NCBI GenBank assembly: GCA_965204725.1
Contig: OZ242005.1
Span: 2,144,001 to 2,208,000 of the forward strand
DNA from: Candidatus Latescibacterota bacterium
GTDB lineage: Bacteria; Latescibacterota; UBA2968; UBA8231
Direction: 5' to 3'
DNA length: 64,000 bases
This document shows positions 9,502-17,505 of the stretch, in pieces. Positions within the stretch are counted from its first letter, which is position 1; each line of letters opens with the position of its first letter. The position numbers were made by a program, and so were the translations under genes. The notes beneath the pieces are model-generated. The model searched no databases. It saw only the letters and a list, made by a program, of their open reading frames with translations, and was not told the origin of the DNA.

Positions 9502-9833
9502 TCACCCCGTGTCGCCCAAGTCTGCATCTTCGTCTTCGTCCACGACATTTATAGAAGAACCTCGGACATTTTCAACATCGAATTCCACATTGCTCCAACG
9601 AATTATTTCGTCTAGCACCTCAACGATGCGGCCTTGACGAGCCAAGCTGTCCGAAATAGCGACCAACCGTGGGATGTTAAAAATGTCCTCGATAGCGGCC
9701 ATATACCGCCGCACAATGTTGCGGACTCCATATTGTTCTTTAGCACCGTTTTCCAGCCGCGAGCGATCTTCCCAAACTCGCCAAACTCGCGCCTTACTTC
9801 CTCAATGATCTTGAGAGTAAAAGAATAGCTCAT
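9502..9833 (-). pseudogene. Frame-broken remnant, probably of the cognate restriction endonuclease
   Basis: ATG 9833 overlaps the MTase stop (ATGA). Two short overlapping frames (MSYSFTLKIIEEV.. and ..RLVAISDSLARQGRIVEVLDEIIRWSNVEF). Identity inferred from position. Confidence 0.45.
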
Positions 9834-10693
9834 TGCTCAAATAGCGTGAGGTTTTTGGACTCGCTAGAACACCCGTCCTCGTAGGACTTCAGCGGCCGGT
9901 GTAAGTGTTCCCCTTTGTACTCGGCAGCCAGTTCGAGTCGCCTAAGTCCAATTTTCAGGTAGTCCTCGTCAATCTCAATACTCATGCTTCTACGGTTGAG
10001 ATTGGCGGCAGCGCGAGCGGCCGTAAAGGTTCCGGCAAATGGATCGAGGACGACGTCGCCAAGGTTTGAACTAGCGGCAATAATGCGCTCTAGTAACGAA
10101 ATCGGCTTCTGCGCCGGATGTTCCTCGTACTCAGCCATCCGATAGCGCACTCGGGGAAAGTACCAAGCATTGCCCGGCACTTTTCTAGTATTGTATTGGG
10201 TGGGAACCGGCTTGCGATAGTCAACCAGTTTGCGCTGCGCCCCGGTTTTGGCCTCGACGAGGATGTCGTCTGCATTGAAGGTATAGTGCTTGGGATCCAT
10301 CACGCAGTGAAATATCGGCTCCCACAGGGAGCCAAAATGCCGCTTGGCTTGTACGCCGGAACTGTCGTAGTGCCAGACAATCCGCGAAAGAACGGTCAGC
10401 CGTTGGCGCAAGAGCAAATCAATCGGCGCGAAACACTGCGTCGCACACATTACATATAGGCTTCCGGTCGGCTTGAGCTTGCGAACACATAGATCGAGCC
10501 AGTGGGATACCCACGTGCAATACGCCTCTTGACTGGGCCACTTGTCGGGCCGGCCGTTGAAGTCTTTGCCGATATTGTACGGTGGGTCGGCAAAAATCAG
10601 GTCGATGCTGGCATCTAAAATCCGGTCCGACGCGAGAACCCTGAGCGCGTCGCCGCAGTAGATGGCGTGCTGTCCGTTGGCAAACGCCTCCAT
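9830..10693 (-). CDS. yhdJ: Beta-class N6-adenine DNA methyltransferase, YhdJ-like
   Basis: DLIFADPPYNIGK, VPGNAWYFPRVRYRMAEYEEHPAQKP, VLDPFAGT closely resemble E. coli YhdJ motifs. Confidence 0.85.
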   Translation of the reverse strand: MEAFANGQHAIYCGDALRVLASDRILDASIDLIFADPPYNIGKDFNGRPDKWPSQEAYCTWVSHWLDLCVRKLKPTGSLYVMCATQCFAPIDLLLRQRLTVLSRIVWHYDSSGVQAKRHFGSLWEPIFHCVMDPKHYTFNADDILVEAKTGAQRKLVDYRKPVPTQYNTRKVPGNAWYFPRVRYRMAEYEEHPAQKPISLLERIIAASSNLGDVVLDPFAGTFTAARAAANLNRRSMSIEIDEDYLKIGLRRLELAAEYKGEHLHRPLKSYEDGCSSESKNLTLFEQ

Positions 10694-10701
10694 CGCACCC
10701 C

Positions 10702-12377
10702 CTACTCCCCAAACAACGCCGCCACGTCCCGCTCCACCTTTTGCCGCCGCTCCCCAGCGGGCAGGTCGTCCAAGCAGCCCATCGCGCTGTAGAATTGGGC
10801 GTCGTAGTCGCGGGTCTTGATGACGACCGGCATGGGCACGGCGTGGCCGAGGATCAGGGCCTGCTGCTTGGAGTCGAGGCTGGCCAGCACACTGCGTAGC
10901 CCTTCGGTGCCGCTGACGCCGGTGAGCACGGCCTGAATGTCCTTTTCGTCGTTGAGCAGGGCCGTGATGCGCGTGCCGATCTGGGAGAGCACCTCGTCGT
11001 CAATGCTCGACGGCCGCTGATCGACGACCAACAGCGAGACATAGTACTTGCGCATCTCGCGGGCAATGGTGCCGAAGATGGTCTGCTTGGCGGCCGTGGG
11101 GTTGAGGAATTTGTGCGCCTCCTCAATGGTGATCATTAGCTGCCGCGGCTGGTCTTCAGGGCGCTGGGTGGCGTAGAAACGCTCGCTTTTTTTGACGTAC
11201 ATCTCGTGGATGCGCCGCGCGATGATGTTGGCCACCAGCAAATAGCACAGCATACTCGTCTGCTGCCCGAACTCCAGCACCACATTGATCCCCTTGTCGA
11301 GGTACTCCATGATGCGATCCACCACGTCGCCGCCCTTGTCGCCACCCTGTAGCTTGGAGACCATAAAGGGAAAGTTTTCGAGCCGCTTGAGCTTGCGATG
11401 CAGCGCGACTAAAGACCCGGCGTGCGCGCCGATTTCGCGGGCAAACTCTTCCACGTCGGGGCCTTCCAACCGCAAGAGTTGGCTCAGCCAGCGCTCCTTG
11501 TAAATCGCGTACACCAAGTAGGCCGACTCCACGGCCGTCGGGTTGAGCTTGAGCTCGTCTTGCAGCGGGGCAATGTCTTCGACTGTGATTTGGTCGTAGG
11601 AGATATAGACCTCGTGATCGGGCTGGACGCCGCGGGCGCGGGTCGATTGCGGGTCGAGGGAAAAAATCGCCACCCGCTCGCCGAAAAGCTGCTTGAGGCC
11701 CTTGACGAAAGTCGTGGTGGAGCCGTTTTCCTTCATGGCCTTGAACCCATACTCGTTGTGCATGTCGAAAATTAGGTTGACGGCCTTGTCGTAGTGAATC
11801 AGCCCGCACAACACCAGCCGCGTCAGAAAGGACTTGCCCGTGCCCGTCTTACCGAATATGCCATTGGAACGCTCGGCAAAGCGGATCATGTCGAGGCAGA
11901 CCTGCGTGTCCATGTCGAGCGGGTGCCCAATGCTGAAGTAGCGGCCCTCGGCGTCGCCCTCGCTGCCGAAGATCTTGGCCACATCGGCGGCCATGGCCTC
12001 TTGCACCTCGGAGAAGTGACTCGGAATGGCCTTGACCGGGCGCGGGCCTTCTTCGGCCGCCGCGTCTTGGGGCATCATCAGCATGGGCCGCAGCGAGACG
12101 ATGTTGTACGTGCTGGTGCCGGCGAGCACTTGGCGCAGAAGCGCGTCTTCTGGGCTGGGGGGATGCAGGAGAACCTCTTGGTTGTTGGCGTCGAGGCGCA
12201 TGTCGGTGACCATGGAGAAGAAGTCGTTTTTATCGCCCTCAATGACCACGAACTTGCCGGCCTTCATGTCCTCGACGTTCTGCTCGGGGTCCAGCTTCAT
12301 CTCCAGCCCCTCAACCAGCGAGCCTTTGGTAATCACCCAATCGGCTGGCCGCGCCCGTTGCCCGCGTATTTTGCCAT
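10702..12377 (-). CDS. herA: HerA-family ATPase/helicase, with an apparent 1-nt frameshift near codon 14
   Basis: Walker A GKTGTGKS, Walker B ITIEEAH, REMRKY, DQRP; downstream of nurA. The continuous ORF is 10702-12336; ATG 12377 joins it if one G is added at 12336-12338. Confidence 0.88.
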
Positions 12378-12379
12378 GG

Positions 12380-13048
12380 TTAGTTGACCACCCGTCGGAT
12401 AATTGAGCTGAGCCGATCGTAGTCTTCGCTGAGCAGGCGCGACAGCTCTTTGCCCATCTGCACCAGATAGGACTGCTCGCGGTTGTGGGCTTCCACCGTG
12501 TGGCGCAACACGGCGATTACCAGCTCGTCCGTGGGGATTTTGGACGTGTTGAGGATGCTGCGCAGATAGTCGTCGGTGCGGGTGAAGGACCGGACTTGCT
12601 CGTCTGAACACAAGTACACAAAGCTGTGGATGCGCGCCGGCTGCGGCGGCAGGACCTGCACGGCCGCGTCGCCGTGCAAGTGGCCGATGACGAGCGCTTG
12701 GAACTCCGTGCGCAACAGCTCGAAAATTTGCGGCTGCTCTAGGCGCAGCTCCTCTTCGGTCTTGCCGTAGGCGGTGGGCCGGCGGTTCGGCTCGATGGAG
12801 TGCGTGAAGACGTTGAACACGATGCCGACCACCGGCCGCTCGGCCTCCACGCGGACGAACTGCCCAAAAGAAGGCGCGCCGTGCAGCTCGCACGCTTGGG
12901 CGATCAACTCGGTGGTGCTGCTCTCGACCACTTCGCCCACGTGGGTCCGCTCGGCCCCAGCGTCGCCGGGCAGCGGCAGGGATTCGGGCAAAAAACGGCT
13001 CAGCGGGCCTCGATCTTGCGCTCGATCTCGCTCTTTAATGGTTTCCAC
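12380..13048 (-). CDS. HAS-barrel domain protein
   Basis: VGEVVESST..APSFGQFVRV..VVGIV..LPPQPARIHSFV; lies between nurA and herA. Confidence 0.75.
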   Translation of the reverse strand: METIKERDRAQDRGPLSRFLPESLPLPGDAGAERTHVGEVVESSTTELIAQACELHGAPSFGQFVRVEAERPVVGIVFNVFTHSIEPNRRPTAYGKTEEELRLEQPQIFELLRTEFQALVIGHLHGDAAVQVLPPQPARIHSFVYLCSDEQVRSFTRTDDYLRSILNTSKIPTDELVIAVLRHTVEAHNREQSYLVQMGKELSRLLSEDYDRLSSIIRRVVN

Positions 13049-13060
13049 GGTTAGCCCCCC

Positions 13061-14296
13061 CTAAACGCCGGTGTAGCGCTTCTTAAAGCTCTTGGTTGAC
13101 AAGCGAGTTTGCAGGTCGTTTTTGACAAAGGTGTCGCGCAAAAAGCGATAGAATGCCTCGCGGTCCGCGCTGCGCACCACCGCGCGCTCGTGCGCCTCGG
13201 CCAAGGCGACCGGATAGCCTTGGCCCTTTTCGGCTTGGTCGCACAGGCAGGCGTGGACCAAATCGAGCAAGGCGCGGTCGGTCGCCACCCACTCCGGGAC
13301 TTCGACCCGCCCGATCTCGGCCCCTACGTGCAGGTAGAAGTAGTAGATGTGATGCGGCCCGTACTCCCCGAGGATTTTGGACGCGCTGCGGTAGAGCGGC
13401 GTGCGCTGCCCCGAGCGGAGCACCCGCCGCACCAAGACCGCGTCGCTCAGCCCCTCAAGGGGGCTACAAGGCAAGCCGCGGCCCTGCCACAAATCCCCTT
13501 GCAGGGCGGCGAGCTCTTCGCGGCTGAAGTGGAACTGGTTTTTTTCTTGATAGGGGCAGCGATCGCAGTTGGCCGTGGCGAGCGGGCACAGGCCCAGCTT
13601 GAGGGCGTTGATCAACTCTTGGCTCCCGGGCTGGCTGATGTACCCAGCCACCGGCACCCGCGCTGCGCGCAATTCGTCCAGGGCCGCCAAGGTGGCCTCT
13701 AGGTGCGCGGCGCGGAAGTCCTGCGGCTTGCCCTCCAAGTTCCACAAAATCAGGGTGCCGTCGGAAAGCGCGAGCGTCCGGTGCCCCTCGGCGTGGGCGG
13801 CCAACGCCAAATCGGCCAACTCGGTGAACTCCATGAGGCCGCGCTTGAAACCGACGAGCTCGCGGTTGACAAACACCCGCGCCCCGCCCCATTCCTCGTA
13901 GATTTCCTCCTCTCGGTAGTACAGCCGCGGCTTGCTGCTCATCAGGGGCTTCTCGCCGGTGCCGTAGTGGAGCAAGATGTAGCCGATGTTAATCAGAAAG
14001 CAGGCCGAGATCTCGTGGCGGTCGGGGAAAATTTGCGAGCCGTCCGTGGCGGCGATGCTGATGGGGCTCGGGCGGGCCGGCGGATCGATGCCGCCGCCTA
14101 GGCCCTCGCCCAAGCCGGGCAACAGCCAAGAGGTGCGGCTCTCGTCAATTTTGCGGGCCAAGCGCTCCCACTCGGGCAGCCAGCGCCGGTATTGGGCCAG
14201 CGCCAATTCGAGCTTGGCGCGAAAGTCCTCTTGAACGCGGCGCTCGTCGGCCACCATGCTGTCGATTTGGGTCTTTACTGAATACAGATCCAACAT
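13061..14296 (-). CDS. nurA: NurA DNA double-strand-break repair nuclease (411 aa)
   Basis: AATDGSQ, LSDGTL, GRVEVPEW, GYPVALAEAHERA. Start moved to ATG 14296. Confidence 0.9.
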   Translation of the reverse strand: MLDLYSVKTQIDSMVADERRVQEDFRAKLELALAQYRRWLPEWERLARKIDESRTSWLLPGLGEGLGGGIDPPARPSPISIAATDGSQIFPDRHEISACFLINIGYILLHYGTGEKPLMSSKPRLYYREEEIYEEWGGARVFVNRELVGFKRGLMEFTELADLALAAHAEGHRTLALSDGTLILWNLEGKPQDFRAAHLEATLAALDELRAARVPVAGYISQPGSQELINALKLGLCPLATANCDRCPYQEKNQFHFSREELAALQGDLWQGRGLPCSPLEGLSDAVLVRRVLRSGQRTPLYRSASKILGEYGPHHIYYFYLHVGAEIGRVEVPEWVATDRALLDLVHACLCDQAEKGQGYPVALAEAHERAVVRSADREAFYRFLRDTFVKNDLQTRLSTKSFKKRYTGV

Positions 14297-14347
14297 GGCA
14301 TTAGCCTTGCGAGACGCCCGGGACCGACCGCGACGCGACGCGCGCAT

Positions 14348-15022
14348 TTATTCGGCCTCTTCCCACGTTTCGCCCCCGTCAATCGAAAAGCGCGTGTGTG
14401 CGCGCCAAGCCGCCCAATCGCTGCCGGTGCGGGCCAAGTCGGCCGCGGCGGTCGCGGCGACGTATTGGCCGACCTCGCCGCTGCCGTCGGGCCGGTTGGT
14501 CTCGATGCGGATTTCCCGGAACTCGACGCGGCCCTGCAATAGCTCGGACGCGCCGCGCTGCACGGCAAAGGCGCGCCGCTCCCACGCCTCGCGCTCGAGA
14601 TCGCGGACGCGGAAGCGCAGCCACAACCGGCCCAAGTCTTCGTCCAACCCAACCCCGTAGAACATCCCATAGCGGTCGTTGACCAACTCCCGGATCCGGG
14701 GACGCTCGTCTTGCAGCGGCGGGATCGGCTCTTCCTCCGGCTCATCGCGCCCCTCCTCCTCGGCCACGTAGCCTTTCAAGGAAGGCCCCCAAACCCAGCC
14801 TTCGACGCGGAAGCGCACCCAGCGGCCCTCCTCGCCGATGGCTTCGACCTCCGTGCCAGCCAGCAGCGTGCCCAGCTTGGTGCCGTTGGGCGCGGCGCGA
14901 AAATTTTCCACGCTGGCTTCGACCGCGTAGGTGGAAGCATGGCGCAGCTTGGCCGCCACTCCGCCCAAGGCCAAGGCCGCGACTAAGGCCGCGCCTAGGG
15001 CGCATTTAGACAATCGAGACAT
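14348..15022 (-). CDS. Secreted or membrane-anchored protein with an SH3b-like domain (224 aa)
   Basis: Hydrophobic N-terminus; ENFRAAPNGTKLGTL..EGRWVRFRVEGWVW. Start at ATG 15022. Confidence 0.7.
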   Translation of the reverse strand: MSRLSKCALGAALVAALALGGVAAKLRHASTYAVEASVENFRAAPNGTKLGTLLAGTEVEAIGEEGRWVRFRVEGWVWGPSLKGYVAEEEGRDEPEEEPIPPLQDERPRIRELVNDRYGMFYGVGLDEDLGRLWLRFRVRDLEREAWERRAFAVQRGASELLQGRVEFREIRIETNRPDGSGEVGQYVAATAAADLARTGSDWAAWRAHTRFSIDGGETWEEAE

Positions 15023-15596
15023 AGTAGAATTGCCGCCCGCCGCCGGCGACCGACCCATCGCGCAGGCGGCACACCAGCCCGAGGCGTTGCAGGGCGTTGA
15101 GGCGGTTGCAGACGATGTTGATGTTTTTGCCGAGCGCGCCGGAGATGGCAGCCGAGGTCGCGCACTTGTGAGCGAGCAGCACATCGAGCACCTCGCGCAT
15201 CGGCGTCTTGAGCACTCCGAGCACCTCGACGTGCTCGCCGTCTTTGTACAGCGCGGCCAACTCGCGGAGCTGCAACACGGCCGCGATGGTCTCGCGCACC
15301 GAGATATTGGCGTCGGCAATATAGACGTAGCGCCGCCCGAGCTCGCCGCTGGCCAAGCGCAGGAGCAGCTTGTTGAGCATCTCGTCGGCGCACGAGACAT
15401 CTATGAAGGAAACGCGGGAAAAGCAAAGCGGCGTGGCCGCGTCGGCCGGGCCGCTGAGCAGGTGCTGCATCAATTCTGCGAGCAACTCGGCCCCCCGAGG
15501 CCGCCCGCTGAGAATGCCCTGTTCGCCCGCGAAAAGGTACGCGGGGGCTTGGTGTATGGCCTGTGGTTGTACGCGCTCTTCAACGGCTGAATCCAT
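15006..15596 (-). CDS. STAS-like (DUF4325-like) domain plus winged-HTH regulator
   Basis: LSGRPRG..FSRVSFIDVSCADE STAS-like signature; C-terminal ATSAAIS..NIVCNRLNALQRLGLVCR..GGRQFYY wHTH. Confidence 0.7.
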   Translation of the reverse strand: MDSAVEERVQPQAIHQAPAYLFAGEQGILSGRPRGAELLAELMQHLLSGPADAATPLCFSRVSFIDVSCADEMLNKLLLRLASGELGRRYVYIADANISVRETIAAVLQLRELAALYKDGEHVEVLGVLKTPMREVLDVLLAHKCATSAAISGALGKNINIVCNRLNALQRLGLVCRLRDGSVAGGGRQFYYVSIV

Positions 15597-15629
15597 GAGC
15601 CGCGCCTTTCCCGGAATTAAAAAAATAGC

Positions 15630-15647
15630 TTAACTGTATCCAATTAA
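15630..15647. promoter_or_regulatory. Candidate operator TTAACTG-TATC-CAATTAA
   Basis: Imperfect 7-bp inverted repeat just downstream of the -10 box of the minus-strand promoter. Confidence 0.5.
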
Positions 15648-15650
15648 AGA

Positions 15651-15679
15651 AACTTACGCGGATATTTCCCGGGTGTCAA
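15651..15679 (-). promoter_or_regulatory. Sigma-70-type promoter TTGACA-17-TAAGTT
   Basis: Perfect -35 box and 17-nt spacer in an AT-rich intergenic region upstream of 15596. Confidence 0.7.
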
Positions 15680-15736
15680 GCAATTTCTACCACAAAATAA
15701 GCGATGCGGAATCGGACGAATCCCAATATGATGGGG

Positions 15737-15871
15737 CTAGCGGCCGGCAAACAAAACGCTCACGGCCACATAAACGGCCACGGCGAGGCCGGCGATGAGC
15801 ACCGCGAGGGCCAGCAGCAGCCACGGCTCGTAGCGCGGCGGCTTGGGCGGGGTGTGCCGCTCGCCAAACAT
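15737..15871 (-). CDS. 44-aa single-pass membrane protein (not in the ORF track)
   Basis: MFGERHTPPKPPRYEPWLLLALAVLIAGLAVAVYVAVSVLFAGR*; ATG lies 3 nt after the upstream stop. Confidence 0.6.
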   Translation of the reverse strand: MFGERHTPPKPPRYEPWLLLALAVLIAGLAVAVYVAVSVLFAGR

Positions 15872-15874
15872 CGG

Positions 15875-16756
15875 CTAGGGCCGGCCTTCCCGCTGGTAGA
15901 GGGCAATGGAGATTTGGGTGCCCGGGAAGTGGACGGATGCGTGTTCCCAGTGCCGCTGACCGCGAATGTACACGCGCGTATCCCCGGAGCGGATGTGCAA
16001 CGAGCCGTTGTAGCGGCTGCAAATCTGGTTGACGATGTACAGCCCGAGGCCGCGCGTTGGGTCGCAGGAAAAGTGCTTCTTCAGGGAGTTGACTATGGCC
16101 GTGCCGTGCGACCAAGTCGCCGCGTCGTAGCGCACCGACAAGCTCTTTTTGATCCCGATCCCCAAGTCCCCCACCCCGATGACCACGTATTTTTTCCCGA
16201 CCCGCGAATTCAAGTAGCGCTGGGCCGTTAGGTAGCCCCAATTCTCGCTGTGGTCGAGAATGTTGTGGCACAGCTCGGCCACGACGTTCTTGAATTGGTT
16301 GATTTCCACTTCGGTGTAGCGCAATTCCTCGGCCAGAATCGCCTCTACGCGCTGGCCAATGTGGCCCAACACGGTCTCGATATCCGCCCGCTTCTCGATC
16401 CGCGTGATCTCCAACAGGGCCTCGCTTTCTTCCTTTTCCCGCTCCTGATCCACGATGAGCGTCGGGCCGATCAACTCAACTCCTTCCACGGCCGCGGCAA
16501 ACCGCACCCGGCCCAAATAGGTGCGCAGGGCAAAGGCGCGGGGCAGGTGAAAAACGACGCGTGACGACAGCGCGTCCCCGTAGCGCGCCATCAAGCACAA
16601 GGCCACCAAGCCGTAGGGGTCAATAAAGTGCAGGGCGCGCAAATCGACCTCTAGGGGCTGCCCGGGCACGGCCCCGTGCGCGTAGTCGAGAAACCCGACG
16701 AGGAGCTCGTCGGCCGTGCGCGGCGTCAGCTCGTCGGTGGGCAGGGCGAGGATCAC
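15875..16756 (-). CDS. STAS-like plus HATPase (RsbW/SpoIIAB-like kinase) protein
   Basis: VDLRALHFIDPYGL; GHKL motifs ELCHNILDHS, GDLGIGI, RGLGL. Confidence 0.8.
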   Translation of the reverse strand: MILALPTDELTPRTADELLVGFLDYAHGAVPGQPLEVDLRALHFIDPYGLVALCLMARYGDALSSRVVFHLPRAFALRTYLGRVRFAAAVEGVELIGPTLIVDQEREKEESEALLEITRIEKRADIETVLGHIGQRVEAILAEELRYTEVEINQFKNVVAELCHNILDHSENWGYLTAQRYLNSRVGKKYVVIGVGDLGIGIKKSLSVRYDAATWSHGTAIVNSLKKHFSCDPTRGLGLYIVNQICSRYNGSLHIRSGDTRVYIRGQRHWEHASVHFPGTQISIALYQREGRP

Positions 16757-17505
16757 GGCTGGCTGGCTGGCGGCACCGGGCCGATCTCGTGCGCGACCGC
16801 AAACGCAAACGCAGCGCTCGTCACCGCCTTGGGGCGGTCGAAGGCATCGACCCGCAAGACGATGCCCTCGATCGCCACGGTGATCGCGCGCACCTTTTCG
16901 TGCAGCGGCGCAAAGACCACCTTGCCGCTATAGGTATCCCCCTTAAACACAAACGTATGCCGCCGGAACAACGCCTGCCGCACCAAGCCCAAGCGTTCCT
17001 GATAGTAGTAATCTTCGTTGCCGCCCTTGCCGCGCCGCTCCATGTAGTAGTGCTCAAAGCTGTTGTCCGCGTCGCGCTTGAGCACATCCCAGTATTGGTA
17101 CTCGCCGCCCCGATCGGTGCGCAATACCATTTTCGCCGGATCGACCCGCACCTTGGGATAGGTCTGGTTGACCACCGTCATCTCAAAGACCGTAAAGCGC
17201 GGCGGCGCGTAGCCCCGGTCCAAGTCGCGGTCCGTGCCGTAGGTAAAGGGATTTAGGTTTGGCTCGCGGAAGGTAAAACGGGCGTACTCCCGATTTAGGG
17301 CCTGATCGTCGAGATAGCGCAGCTTGAGGCGAAAGCCCTCTTGGGCAAAAACCGTGGTGCTATCTTCCGGGTCGAAGTAGTACGCGGCGTCCTGCAAAAG
17401 GGCGTCCTGCGGAACGACGCCGATGGCGTAGCGCAGGTCGGGCGGAAAGCGAATGCAGCCGACCGCCACGAGCAGCGCGAGCACACCCCACTTCCAAGCC
17501 TTCAT
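16753..17505 (-). CDS. Lipoprotein of unknown function (250 aa)
   Basis: MKAWKWGVLALLVAVGC lipobox-like signal; ATGA coupling to the TPR gene. Confidence 0.75.
   Translation of the reverse strand: MKAWKWGVLALLVAVGCIRFPPDLRYAIGVVPQDALLQDAAYYFDPEDSTTVFAQEGFRLKLRYLDDQALNREYARFTFREPNLNPFTYGTDRDLDRGYAPPRFTVFEMTVVNQTYPKVRVDPAKMVLRTDRGGEYQYWDVLKRDADNSFEHYYMERRGKGGNEDYYYQERLGLVRQALFRRHTFVFKGDTYSGKVVFAPLHEKVRAITVAIEGIVLRVDAFDRPKAVTSAAFAFAVAHEIGPVPPASQP

Noticed and set aside
10702-14296. HerA as part of an anti-phage system (Sir2-HerA or DUF4297-HerA)
   Set aside because: Its partners are NurA and a HAS-barrel protein, the repair-type arrangement. No Sir2 or DUF4297 gene is visible.
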